A stretch of DNA of 64,000 nucleotides, taken from Eledone cirrhosa. Taxonomy: Eukaryota. This document shows, one piece after another, positions 50,662-64,000 of this stretch. A program made the position numbers and the translations under genes. Under the pieces are notes generated by a model that ran no database searches, was not told the DNA's origin, and saw only the letters and a program-made list of their open reading frames with translations. The stretch covers positions 394,940,001-395,004,000 of the forward strand of contig OZ024740.1 in assembly GCA_964016885.1 (NCBI GenBank), given 5' to 3'. Each line of letters starts with the position of its first letter. Position 1 is the first letter of the stretch.

Positions 50662-53600
50662 CGAAGGAAGTGTGGTAGGGAAGCAGGTGGACTATAACGC
50701 ACCAGAGTACTCGATACTTTGGGTAGTAGAGTGGGTAATAAGAAAAGAGTCAAGACCCCGACGGCAGAGCTCAGGCCGTTTCAACGGCTATTTCTGGACT
50801 AAATTTAGTCAGAAATAGCCGTCGAAATGGCTTCAGCTCTGCCTGTTCAACACTGTTCAACACTAACACAGGAACGATGTACTAGTTTCAAGCTTATTAG
50901 CTATCGTCAGCATCGTATACCTTTCTGTCAGATGATTGAACATTTGAAAGTATATACTTTCCTTATGCATATTAACGGCTGAGGATCCGATAATCGGACC
51001 CCCAGAGGCAAAAATCCAGCAACCGAAAAAACGCCATTCTTTTTGCTTCCATTTGTCGCGACTCCCGCCATGCAAAAAACATTCAATCTATCAGGATTAT
51101 CCACCGTAAGTCTCTTTAAATTAACGCTCACCATATTCAGCAAACCTTTTATGCCGATTCTTCCATTTCTTATATAAGGACTATCAAGACTATACCGCCG
51201 CGCATCATCCTTTATTGCGCCCAGTCTTCTCAAGCGATCATCGAGCCTCCATGCGCTCTCTTTATTCCCGTGGTCCCACTACCGTAGCATAATGAGACAT
51301 CCGTCAACCCCAGCCCTCTCCCTTCCCAACACGCCGTCGACCCACTGCATCGTTGTGCATCACCATGTGCATCTCTGCCTTGTCATTCGCAATTTATTCC
51401 CCAGCCCTTTCCATTGCCTGCCGTCCGTGGTCCATGCCACGGCTCAACATGCCGAATCCCTGCCACCGTCCACCCCTGCCAATTTCCATTGCCTACACTC
51501 TGGGAGAGCTCAAGACCTCCATGCCTGACCAAGCTGCATCCCTGCCACCGTCAACTCTTGCCCTCTCCCTTCCCTGCTCGCCATCGTCCCACTGCATCGT
51601 CATGCCTCACCATGCCGCATTACTGCCCTGTCAGCCGCCATCCCCTCCTCAGCCTTTTATTTTGCCTGCCCACCGTGCTCCTTCAAGACTACCATGCCTA
51701 ACCAAGCTGCATCCCTGCCACCGTCAACCCCTGCCCTCTCTCTTGCCCGCAGGCCTTGGTCCCTCACGACTGTCATGGCTCACTATGCGGCATTCCTGCC
51801 CTGTCAGCAACTTGCTCAAATGTCATCAGCATGGTTTATTCCTGCGCCGCACATAACCGCCCATTATCTCAGACCAAAGACAGCACCGAACATGAAGACG
51901 ATCCTGTGTAAGTCTTTTTACATTCATTTTGACCATATTTAACAAAATTAAACAAAAATTCATCCCTTTCTCCTCCAAAGCCTACCGATCATGTATGGCC
52001 GATAAACATCCTGCCTTGCACCCGGTTTTCTCAAACAATCATCGTGCCTCCCGGTGCTCTCTACATTCCCGATGTGCAACTCAATTGACATACCGCATCT
52101 ACGCCCTGTCAGCCGCCATGCACCCTGCCCTTTCGTCATGCCTCATCATGTTGCATCCCTGCCCTGTCAGCCGCCATCCACTCCCCGACCCTTTCCACTG
52201 CCTAGGCATGGTAGTCTTGAGGGACCAAGTCGCATCCCTGCCACCGTCAACCCCTGCCCTCTCCGTTCCCTGCACCCCGTCGTCCCACTGCATCGTTATG
52301 CATCATCATGCCGCATCAATGCTCTGACAGCCGCCATCCCATCCTGGGCCCTTTCTTTTGGCTGCCCGCAGTGCTCCTTCAAGACTACCATGGTTCACCA
52401 TGTGGAATCCTTGCCCCCGTCAACCGCTGCCCTCTTCCTTGCCTACTGGCCGTCGTCCCACTGCATCGTCATGCCTCAGGATGCCGCATCCATCCACTGT
52501 CAGCCACCATCCCCTCCTCGGCCCTTTCTTTTTCCTGACCGCCGTGCTCCTTCAAGACTCTCATGGCTATCTATGCCGCATCAATTCCTTGCCACCCGCT
52601 TAAACGTCATCAGCATGGCTTATTGTTGCCCCATTTGACCACCGATTTTCGCAGGCTAAACACAATACCAACGTGCACGATAGTCCATGGTAAATCTTTC
52701 TAATTACATGTTCATCATGCTAAGCAAAGGATGAATAGCAACTCTTTCATTTCTCCTGACATGGCTTTCTGTCAATTATGGCTGAGAAGCATCCTGTGTA
52801 ACATCGCGTCTTCTCAAGCGATCAGCGTGCCTTCCACTGTCCTCACAATTGACTCACAACGCCGCATCTATTCCCTGCGACGCCCCTAAACATCATCAGC
52901 ATAGCTTATTTTTCTGCCGCGTTTAACCGGCCCTCATTCTAGGCCATAAATAACAAAACCGCTCGATGATGCTGCGTAAGTCTATTTAAATTAATGGTCA
53001 ACATGTTCAGCAAAACAATTGACCAGTTCTTCCTCTTCACCTCCAAGGCCATTACATCTTAGAGATCGGGATTCGCAATTTCTACGATTTCAATATTGAC
53101 ACAACAGTCCGTCAGGTTTTTCGGCACATGTTGCTCCGATAGGAATATCAACGTGATTTTCACTTAATTCGTATGCTTTTATTTTTTATTGATACAACAC
53201 CGACTACAATCATCTAACTTCACTTTGTAGGCTAGACGCGAATCACAAGGAAAATAATCCTCTGATATACAACCCCACCAAATTCTTTGGTCTACCTAGA
53301 TTTCAATGGCTATATCCTTTGCTTTTGTACGGTTGTACATTTGACAATGTTGCAAAACATTATTCCACTTGATTCTTACCTTTCAGCTATGAATTGGGCA
53401 GTGCCTTAAAATCCCGGTTTATTTGCGTGCAATTTTTTGGTATCTTATGAATGGAGAATCGAAAACCCTTTTTCTCATAACCTGATACATGCGTTACACA
53501 TGCTCCGTGGATGTTTGTGGACTATTTTTTTCAAAATACCAATATCACAGATTGGAGCACAAAAAGAAACGTTTGTTCTTCATTTATTTCGGTTAAAGCA

Positions 53601-54375
53601 TCCTGCTGGAATTTAGCGCAGACCCGTTTAAATCCATCGCCTTATAACTCCGAGTGTAACCGGGTACACCAGCTAGAAAGACAAATGGAAACATTGTTTC
53701 CTCGGTCCGATTTGACGAAAATCGATTTAGTTCCACAACAAATTAACAAACCATACTTGAAGACACGTTGAGGCTGTTGCAAAGGGCAATAAACCTAGAC
53801 ACAATTTTGATCAACTTTTTTTCACCTATAGAAAATTTACCGGGACAGGTTTTTAGCTACTCAAATCTACTTCAGAGGTCACGCATTCATGTAAAAAATC
53901 AATAAAACTGAAAGGGCGGGGGGGGGGTCGACTTTGCAACAAAAACAAGGTAAAGTTGCACATGGGAAAACTTTTTACAGGAACGTCCGATTTTCTTGAA
54001 AACTGTCGCAAAAAACTCGCCATTATACTGCGGTTCAGATAAAGTCCCTTTTATTTCTTCTTCTGCACATGTGAGCGCGAAAATTGTTAAAGAAAAAAAA
54101 AATGTGAAAAAAATCGACTTTTTCACCCTGCTTTAAAAATCAACTGAAAATTCAATTTCAAGTTAATTTGACTTCCGTCAGTCGTGCAAAGAACAATTTC
54201 AACGATACACTGTGAACCTACAATTGATCCATTATTTATGCTCAATCACACACCTGCGTCTACTAACCTGTTTTTTTCCTTGAGGTTCGAAGGTTTTTGC
54301 ACCTGTGATGCGCAGGAAGTAACTTTCACACATTTTAACAACAGAGCAAAGGTCGACGCCGGATACTTCTGCTAG

Positions 54376-54376
<1 letters not shown>
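50650..54376 (+). mobile_element. Probable non-autonomous Helitron with internal minisatellite
   Basis: GC-richer block between two (TA)n tracts; 3' end 'gtcgacgccggatacttctgCTAG|t' resembles Helitron termini; no Rep/helicase ORF; 5' end not resolvable. Confidence 0.5.
51220..52990. repeat. Degenerate ~173-bp minisatellite nested in a ~790-bp higher-order repeat
   Basis: 'ccgtcaac...tgccctct' at 51548/51721 and 52244/52417; 'ttctcaa..(g/a)atca.cg.gcct' at 51226/52028/52811. Confidence 0.75.
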
Positions 54377-54441
<65 letters not shown>

Positions 54442-55096
54442 GTTGAGTAATGAGAATATATATATATAGACCTTGTATAACAGTCGACCCTAGTATTTCA
54501 CGGACAACAGATCAACATTTGTGGATCAAGGTATCATCCTGTATGTAGAAATAACTTATGTTATTGCAAATACATAACTGAAACTAAAAAAATTACCCGA
54601 ACGTGTACCTAACTTACTGTAGCTTGCCTTATAACTGGAATGCTCGGTGTTTATAGTAGAACACCATACAATAGCAAGCACTTCACAAGATGTGCTGAAT
54701 GCCTTCAACCTTTATATTTTCCTCATTTCCAAACACAATAAACACATGCGTCAGCGCTCGTTTCATCGTATGTTTACGGCTTTGTTTATGGATTTTGTTA
54801 TTTACTAGGGTGTGTTTTGATACATAGAATCGCTAATATTACTGTAATTCATTGTGTTTGTGTTTTTATTCGTTTAGAGATCAGTTGGGCTTCTGTTACT
54901 GATACAGTACTTTGGATTCTAGCTTGAATTTCAAACCCCTCAAAAGTTATATCATGTGATAGTTGACCCCATGAATTTAACCTAAAAGGATTGTCTAAAA
55001 ATTCGACAAATAATGCACAAAGAAATATAACAAATGGATAAAAGACAAAACGATAGTCTAAACGACTATTTACAAATAGCCCATTGCAACTGAAAA

Positions 55097-55485
55097 ATAA
55101 TTGTTTCTACTTTTGCAACAAGGCCAGCAATCACCCAGTCAGTTCATTACTGGTACTTTATTTTATCGACCCCGTAAGGAAGAAAGGCAAAGTTAACCTC
55201 GGCAGGATTTGAACTCAGTCCGTAAAAGGACGTAACTCTGTGCTGCAAAGCATGGCGTCCGACCCTCTACCAATACTGCCAATACACGACCCTTTTTTGT
55301 TTCTACTTTTGGCACAAAGCCAGCAATTATCCCAGTGTATTACTGGTACTTTATTTTATCGACCCCGGAAGGATGAAAGGCAAAGTTAACCTCGGCGGGA
55401 TTTGAACTCAGACCATACAGGGCCGTAACTCATTGCTGCAAAGCATGGCCTCTGACCCTCTACCGATACTGCCAATCCACCGCCA
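55097..55485 (-). mobile_element. Tandem dimer of SINE family A
   Basis: Two copies bracketed by one direct repeat tgcaactgaaaaataat. Confidence 0.9.
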
Positions 55486-56260
55486 TCTGCAACTGAAAAA
55501 TAATGACGCGGCCCAACGTATCAATTAGCCAAGAAGAAGAAGAGATAGAGAATATACAAAAGTTAATAAGATTATTTTCAGTTTGTTTGGCCGTTAAATC
55601 CTAAAAAGACAGACACAAGAGAGAGAGAGAGAGAAACGCGGAGGTGTACGACAAAATATATCAATTCGAAAAAAGAGACCTGCGTAGCTACCATCATACG
55701 AATGAATAAAAAAAATATGGGCGAAGACAAGAAAATGAACGAATATAGCCAGTAGTCCCATCTCATCAGTCAGTCGACCGCTAGAGATGTGTTTTGATGC
55801 TTTAAGATCGATACAACTGACTTTAATGCAGAAAGGACGGTAACTAATGGACAAAGGACAAGACGATAGTCTTAACGACTATCAAATAGAGAATATCACA
55901 CAACGTTCTGAAAAGTATAATCCATAGTCTCCTACCTATTAGATGTATATTACATAATGTTTCTCATATGAATCCAGATAACATTCTTTTAAAAAGTAAT
56001 AAAATCAAAACATTTCAAACGTATGCTCTTTTTCCAACAGGACGTCTAAAATCAGTATATGGGTAAAGAAACTAACTTGACTTACTGCATAAATTCTCCC
56101 TCATTGCCTTTTGTGAACCTTATACTACTTATATTTGTAACCAATTAAGAATTTAAAAAGGACTGTTGGAATTATTAGAGCGGTGGATAAAATGCTTTGC
56201 GGTATATGTTGAACGTAAATTCCACTGCGATCTATAATTAAATACTGGATAGATCCCCAT

Positions 56261-56324
<64 letters not shown>

Positions 56325-56577
56325 AATTGGCCAGGTTGTGCCATGCCATGAAAATGGTTGTGGGAGAACCCTTAGAATGTTCTCATGTACTCAGCGTACC
56401 TTCGTCGAGAAATAGAGAAAGGTTGAATAAAATAGTTGTGTACCGACTCTTAGATACCCTGTAATCTGTAGGGGTTGGGTCGCAATATAGTGAATCGTTT
56501 ATAGTTGAAACTACAGTCGTGACTTTCCAAAGATACGTACTTTCACTAATATATGTAATTGATTTTGTTGTTTATCT

Positions 56578-56697
56578 ATGTTTTATTTTTATTTAGTTTA
56601 TTGTTATTTATCATTGTTAAAGATTTTATGTAAAACCCCCACCGTCACGTCTTGTAATGTCCCATTTTTGTACGCCCCTGTGGCAAATAAAGAAAGA
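56578..56697 (+). mobile_element. Tx1/L1 3' UTR fragment
   Basis: Matches the reverse complement of 60984-61105; flanked by tatcta on both sides. Confidence 0.85.
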
Positions 56698-57782
56698 TAT
56701 CTAGGTAATTTAAAACTTAATAGGATACATATATTTACCGTTATTACTGACGGTGGAGGCACTCTAGTAAAGTTAAAAGAAACAATTAACTGCAAGTATC
56801 AGCAGTGTGTGTGTGTGTGTGGGGGGGGGGGGTGATCAAATAAATTATAGTATATTTTTATTTATGGTGTATTTGGTGACATTACTAAATGTTTAAGCAG
56901 CAACCAAGGATTTCTAGATAAAAAAAACATTTAATTTACAGCACTTGGGTTATGTAACTTTTAATGCTTCTTTTAAAACCTCAAATAATTAATTCATATA
57001 TGTTAAAACGAAGTAATTTATTTTTATTCATCAATTTTGTTTATGTTTTCTGCTTCGTATAAATAAAATAAATAGGTTAAGTATTATAGAAATCAGAATA
57101 AAAATGTACAGAGTAATTTCCTTTGAGTATTACATATTTAATTATCCAGTTAGTTAGTTATTTAATTAGTTGATTAGTTGCTTACTCATTTAACCTCTTT
57201 GTTTATGTTATTCTTGGTTTGTAATTTCAAATATTTATGAACAATTTTGTATGACAAATGAAGGCGATGTCGTCATCACGTTTTGCGCTAACGAAATTAT
57301 TGCTTATAATCATTTATAGCAAAATATTACTGTTTTATTGCATTCATTTGTAGAGAATTTTGAATGAAACTGAATTACTTAAACATTTAAAATTGTAAAC
57401 ACTTTATCATACATAGTTATTTCAAGAATGTATAAAATATTCGGAGTGATTCATTTATGAATATTATTGTGTGTGTGTGTGTGTGTGTGTCTGTGTCTGT
57501 GTCTGTGTGTGTGTGTGTGTGTGTGTGCGTGCGGGGCGGCGTGGACGTATGTGTGTGGGCGTGTGTGTGTATGTGTGTGTGTAGGTGTGTGTGTGTGTGT
57601 ACTGTGATAAACCCGGTAAACATGTACTGAAGCAAGGTACTCTATGCTGTTTGTAGAGTCAATATAATATATGTTATTATTAGTGACTGTTTATTTTGAA
57701 GTTTCGCCGAAGCTACTGATTTTCAAACGGTTGTTTCGATAAATTTCGTAATAAACAGATAATATTGATAAGAGATATTATA

Positions 57783-57956
57783 CAGTGAAATTCCGTTAAA
57801 ACGAAATTCACGGAGGTATTAAAAAATTCGTTGTAACGAAAATTTCTTTATAACGAGATCAACCTAACTCATTGAGCGTGTGGCCGGGGATTGAAAAAAA
57901 TTCGTTATACTGGAAAATTCCTTATAATGGTATTTGTTATAACGGAATTTTACCTG
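57783..57956. mobile_element. Tc1/mariner (Tigger-like) MITE
   Basis: TA-cagtgaaattccgttaaaac ... gttataacggaattttacctg-TA; internal 'ttcgttataac' subrepeats. Confidence 0.78.
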
Positions 57957-58061
57957 TATACTGTTTTTCTTTCATACACTTTAACGGCCCATTGTTTTTC
58001 CGTAAACAGAAAACAGGTAGATAGATAAATAGATAGATAGATAGATAGAGAGATAGATAGA

Positions 58062-60888
58062 TATGTTTCTTTTATTTGCCACCAGGGCATCAAAAGTGGG
58101 ACAAGTACAATGGGGGAGTTTACAAAACAAGGCGTCCTCAATAAGGAGGAGGCAATAACAATATATAAAAATAAAATAAAATATAACAAAAAATAAAATT
58201 TATAACAAAGTCCTCAATAGAGAGGAGGCGCCTTGGGGGGTCGCACACACCCCCGAAAAAAGTGTACAACCCTTCTCCTCAGGAGCACAGAGAAGGGGTG
58301 CTCCCTTGGTCTTTAATCTTCCTCACCTATAGTCTGATGTAGAGTGAAGGCCCATTCACACGAGCCATTCTCGCCACTTTCACCCATCTTCCATAGAAAC
58401 GGCTGGGGTGCAGCACCTCTCTCTCCATCCTGATCCTTCTTCCGAAATGATATCGGAAGAAACGGACCAGTTGTTGGCCAGAGAGAAAGGTGTCTGACCT
58501 CAGTCCTTTCAGACGCGTCCACCATACAACCTCTTTGGCCATGGCTATTACGCACAGAAACACCGCCTCTCCTTCGTTTTTGAAGAGGGGAGGCGGCTTT
58601 ATCGTTACAATAGACTCGGTGGTCAACCGGATCGGTCCCACCCTTGACAGCAGTTGTTCGACATAGCCCCACAGACCGGCAATGCCCGAGCAGTGTACCA
58701 ATGCGTGTGCAACGGTTTCCTCGTCGCACACGCATCTGGGACAGATCTTTTTCGATGGGTCCCTTTCCCGGGCGCCCGTGTCTGTAGAGCCTTTCTCGAA
58801 CGGGCAGAGCCCTTCTGTAGCATTGCCAGGCCAGGGACCTCTGGAAGTTATCCATGGGTCCCGGGCTGAATGTCCTACCGAACAGGTTGGCCAGTTCGTC
58901 TTCCTCCATGCCTAGGGCTTCTCCTAGGGCGTCGTCGCACCTGCTAACCACCAGCCCTCTATAGAATGACGAGGTGGATTCTCCACTGACAGCTGGGTCC
59001 GCCTGCCAGAGAGCCGTGAGCGCCTGGGCACACTCGGTGTGCCAGGCGCCCAGTTTTCTCGGTCTTTGCTTGACCCAGGATTGCAACTCGGTGAGTGAGA
59101 CGAGTCTGGGAATGGCTCGCCTCACAAACGGGGCCCACACCGGTTGACCGGAGAGGAATACCTGAAGGTGCCGTAGCCTTAATGCGTGTTTACGTATCAT
59201 TAGCCACGGCATCCCCAGCCCTCCTTTCGAAGGGTGTTGACAGCAGATGGATCTCCTCACCATAGGAGCCCGCTTCTTCCAAAGGAATTGGAAGAGTGCG
59301 CGCTCCATTTTGGCGAGCGTTTCCCTTGGGCAAGGCACAACGGTCAGGCGGTAGTAGATGACGGACGCTATATAAGTGTTCGCCACCTCCGCCCGACCTT
59401 TCAGGGACAGTTTGCACTCGGCCCACTTCTGGGTCAGTGCAAACACCCTGTTCGTCACCTCACCCCAGTTCTTCTCCACCTGGAGGTCTGGTCCGAACCA
59501 GACCCCGAGCAACTTCACCGGGCCCTCTGTCCAGCGCCCGACGACGCCATCGGAGGGCATCGATCTGCCCCTCCACGTGCCGAGTTGCAGACCGATCGAC
59601 TTGTCCCGGTTCAGCTTAGCCCCTGTAAACCTTTCGTACTCCTCCAGTAAGGTGCCGATCGCCCCGATTTCCAAGGCCGTCGACACCATTACTGTTACGT
59701 CATCGGCGTAGGCTGACACCGCTTTCCGCAATCCCGGTTCCAACGGGATGCCCTGCAACAACTCCAACTTCCGCAGCAGTGGCTCTAGAGTCATTACATA
59801 CAGAAGGGAGGAGAGAGGGCACCCCTGTCGGATGGACCGCGCGATTTCGAACGGCTCTGAGAGGTAGCCGTTCACCTTGACCCTAGAGCAGATGCGGCTG
59901 CTGTGCATGGCATTGATCCAGCCCCTGAAAACGGGTCCGAAGCCTGCCGCCGCTAGCACCGCATCCAGGTAACCATGGTCGACCCTATCGAATGCCTTAG
60001 ATTGATCCAAGTTGATCAGGGCCCCACCAAAGCCGGGTTCGTTCCCAACCCTCTCTATGATGTATCGCATGAGGTGGAGGTTATCGTGGATGAACCTGGA
60101 CGGGATAGCACATGTCTGCGCATCTCCCACCAGGTTGCCCACGACAAGCGCCAACCTCTTTGCTAGCACCTTGGCCAAAATCTGTAACTCTGTATTTAGC
60201 AGAGTTATGGGCCTGAAATTATTTATATCGTCCCCCTTGTTCTCGTCCTTCCTCACTAGCGTGACTACGCCCTTGGTCACAGCACAGGGAATTCTCCCGT
60301 TCTGTTGCCAGTTGCAGTAGACTGCCTCGAGGAGATCGGGGAACAAGTCTGGCATAGCTAGATATAGTTTGTATGGAAGACCATCGAGACCCGGGGATTT
60401 GCGTTTGCCGCATTGGCTCAGCATGTCCTCTATCTCAGCGGCTGAAATTGGCTCCTCGCAGGACTTCGCCTCCCTGTCCGAGAGACGCGGCAGGCCGTCG
60501 AGGTATGGACCGAAGTCCACGTCCCCAACCGGCCCCCCGCCCCTTCCGAACAATCCGGCAAAGTGCTTTTGAAAAGCCTCGCACATCTGCTTAGGTTCAA
60601 GGATCACCCGTCCATCCTGGTCTCGCAAAGACCGGATAGTGGATCTGCTCCCTCTTTTGGCTTCTGTCACGCGGGCCCAGCTAACAGCTTTGGTCCACTC
60701 GTTTCCCAGAGCACGTATTTTGCTTCGGACGATGCAGCCTTCGTGTTTCGCGTCGAAGAACTGGCCCAGGGCTGTTCTCGACGCTAGCACTCTGGCCACG
60801 TCGCCGCTTCTAATTGCCTCTTCCACACTATCTACCAACTCTCTTTCCTTCCTATTTCTATTGGAGGCTAACTCCTTACTAAATTCTA
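58062..60888 (-). mobile_element. Tx1/L1-clade LINE, 5'-truncated, young (RT intact, one frameshift near 58750)
   Basis: KSPGLDGLP, DQSKAFDRVDH, RQGCPLS, AYADD; C-terminal C..C...ETVAHALVHC; (GATA)n on both sides. Confidence 0.95.
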
Positions 60889-60891
60889 GAG

Positions 60892-60952
<61 letters not shown>

Positions 60953-60983
60953 TCCATAGATAGATAGATAGATAGATAGATAT

Positions 60984-62247
60984 CTTTCTTTATTTGCCAC
61001 AGGGGCGTACACAAATGGGACATTACAAGACGTGAAGGCGGGGGTTTTACATAAAAATAACTTTAACATTAATAAATAACAATAAACTATATATAATAAA
61101 ATAACAATTGAAATCCCCAACAGGGGGGAACATTACTGCAGGGTTGTTTTACACCCCGTGGATAGAACAACCCTCAACACCAGGAACACGTTTTATAGGT
61201 GTTCCTGTCTTCCCTCTGTGTATCTTCCTCAACCTACAGGTTTATATACAGAGAAGGCCCATTCACTCGGGCCATTTTCGCCACATTCACCCCCCTTTCA
61301 GCGAATTTACTGGGGTGTAGCACCTCTCTCTCCACTCTCACCTTCCTTCCTTCTGAAGTGATACTTAAAGAAGAGGATAAGTTGTTGTCCGGAGAGAAAG
61401 GTATTTGCCCTCAGTCCTTTTAACCTCGTCCACCATATTACCTCTTTCGCCATAGCCACCAGACAGAGGAAAACCGCCGCTCCTTCGTTCTTAAATGAAG
61501 GCGGCGGGGTGATCCTCACGATGGACTCGGCTGACAACTGGATGCGTCCCACACGTGACAACAGCTGTTCGACATAATTCCGCAGGTCGGTCTCTCCTGG
61601 GCACTGAACAATTGCATGCTGAACGGTTTCGAAGACCTGCTCGCATCTTAGACAGGTCCTTTTGGTAGAATCTCTGCCAGGGCCTCCGTGTCTGTAGATT
61701 TTGCCTCGAACCGGTAGAGCACCTCGGTAGCACTCCCAGGCCAGAGACCTCTGGAAGTTATCCATAGGCCCTGGACGGAAAGTCCTCCCGAACAGACTGG
61801 TCAGTTCGTCCTCCTCGATGCCTAGAGTTTCCCCGAGAACGTGGTCGCACTTATCCTCCACTAATCCCCTATAGAATGTCGAAGTGGAGTCTCCGCTGAT
61901 TGCCGTTTCCGCTTGGTAGAGGGCTGTGAGCGCCTGTAGGCACTCGAGGTGCCAGGCACCCATTTTCATTCTTCGCTTGACCCAGAACTGCAGCTCTGTT
62001 AGTGAGACGAGTTGTGGAAGAGCTTGTCTCACAAATGACAGCCACATCGGTTCACCGGTCAGGAATACCTGGAGATGACGTAGCCTCAGCGCATGTTTGC
62101 GCATCATCAGCCATGGCATGCCCAGCCCTCCGTTAGAAGGGTGTTGACAGCAGATGGATCTCCTCACCAATGGAGCCTGTTTCTTCCAGAAGAACTTGAA
62201 GAGTACGCGTTCCATTTTGGTAAGGTATTCGCGAGGGCAAGGCACGA
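60984..62247 (-). mobile_element. Tx1/L1-clade LINE, 5'-truncated, different subfamily
   Basis: GGLGMP, CLRCEQVFETVQHAIVQC, 3' UTR with aataaa; (GATA)n on both sides. Confidence 0.93.
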
Positions 62248-62329
<82 letters not shown>

Positions 62330-63269
62330 TGATTGATTGATTGATTGTTCGTCTGGTGTAGATAGCTTCATTCACGAGGAGACTTGAATTTAATCATGTT
62401 AGTTAATGAAATATTTGAGAATTTAAATAATGTTGATGTTGCTTGCAGTGATGAGTTGTTCTATTCTGAGGGGTATATTCTCAATTAGATTGATATGACT
62501 ATTCAAGTGCTTAATATATTGGACACGCACGCACACACACACGCTCTCACACACACACACAGACACATATACACTCACACACACTCTCACACACACCCTC
62601 ACATACACACACACGCTCACACACACTCACACACAAACACGCGCACAATGACGCAAACACACGCCTGCACACACACATACAGTCGATAACCATGTTCTAT
62701 AATGTGATGCAAGGACACAGCGTACAAAGGCCCGGGTATTTTCTGAAATCACAGAAAATATGTGCATCTGTTAAAGTGAGAAAGAGAGAAAGAGGGGGAT
62801 AGAGAGAGAGGGAGATTGGGGTTATCAGAAAAAAAAAAGAATATTATCCGTTGCCAACAGACAGGAAAATGTCTTTCCTCCCTCTGCCTAACTTGGAACA
62901 AAATCAGAATTGTTCTGCATGTCATAGCATTCGTCAACTTGTTTCCAGAAGTAAGCAATTCATTATCATTAAACATAAGCATTGGATGACGGTTTCGTAG
63001 TTTTTCATGGATTTCAAACATAACAGATTAATTGCATTACCATGCCTTTAGAACTTTCTCGATTCGGTAACGCTCCATACTAACATCCAATGATAAAAAC
63101 AAAAATAAACAAAAATAAGAAAAATAAAGAAAAAAATCAAATTTTCCTATAATCCCCGTTCTGAAAAAATTAAATACTGTTCAGGATACCTTTATCGACG
63201 CCCCATAACCTCTACTAATTCGCTATAGAACTGTAAAGATGTCCCATCTCCTCACTAACCTCACTGACC

Positions 63270-63510
63270 AATTGGTAGAGAGTTAGGAGCACCTGGCAAC
63301 AATTCAGATGTTATTGTCAATCTATTCTTGTCCCACGGTGGCCCGTAACTTGCCATTGTCCACCTACCACTACCCTTCTGTTGACCGTTAATCATGTGAT
63401 AATTCTTCCATTCGAAAATATCGCTGGTAGCGGATAACTCAGAAGGATTTTTCATAATTGAGAAGTTCACTGAAGAGCTGAGATTTCTCACAGTTCTCAG
63501 ATATTCAGAT
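63270..63510 (-). CDS. Candidate host exon (non-repetitive, ~80 codons)
   Basis: Open frame SEYLRTVRNLSSSVNFSIMK...GRWTMASYGPPWDKNRLTITSELLPGAPNSLPI followed by G|gtcagt donor; no in-frame acceptor identified. Confidence 0.3.
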
Positions 63511-64000
63511 TACTGTTATTACTCAGTGAAACTGCAGTCGGGACATCGACATAAATAGGTAAAAATTCCTTTCTTATCTTATTTACTTTTCCCAAATATG
63601 ATTTTACTATGCTCTGATAAATTGCTGTTTATTAATTCCTTCATTGAGCAAAACTGGTATTGGTTGGACTCCCTCATATGTATGTCTATACTTGTGTATA
63701 ATATATATATATATATATATATCTTGTGTACTAAGTACGAATACCCCCCCCCACCCACCCACCACTACCAAAAAGGAAACACTCTAAACGTGTGTTTGTG
63801 GTTTGTATGTGTGTGTGTATGAATACATATGCATGTACGTTGTATAGATATGTATGTACACACACACAGAGATACACACACATACACACACACACACACA
63901 TACACACACATACACACACACATACATTCACACAGCATATCTTGAATTGTATATAATTTTCCATTTTCCTTTACAAACTGCAAGAATTTGACATTTAACC

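Noticed and set aside
58313-61120. 935-aa ORF with signal-peptide-like N-terminus fused to RT
   Set aside because: The N-terminus is the 3' UTR of the neighbouring LINE plus (TCTA)n read in frame by chance; the C-terminus is out of frame after ~58750

Overview
AT-rich, microsatellite-dense animal genomic DNA. It is most likely an octopus or other cephalopod intronic/intergenic region (inferred from the SINE repertoire, not proven). No complete host gene is visible, only a few candidate exons. The window is dominated by mobile DNA. This includes a near-complete Penelope-like element (RT + GIY-YIG, ~670-bp pseudo-LTRs, one frameshift, long Asn-rich insert) and five Tx1/L1-clade LINE copies sitting at (TCTA)n/(GATA)n tracts. 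It also holds RTE and CRE LINE fragments, two tRNA-derived SINE families, hAT and Tc1/mariner MITEs, and a probable non-autonomous Helitron. The most striking signal is about 16 intact, variant or decayed type I hammerhead ribozyme (HHR) motifs from roughly 8-9 sequence families, most with the palindromic stem III of dimer-acting Penelope-type HHRs. Several lie in 457-530-bp non-coding tandem units (retrozyme-like, predicted to give circular RNAs) or in fold-back inverted repeats. Most of these elements join (TA)n microsatellites at their 3' end through an AT microhomology, as the autonomous Penelope element does. I infer a Penelope-driven, (TA)n-targeted retrozyme system. All RNA structures were read by eye and not computed.
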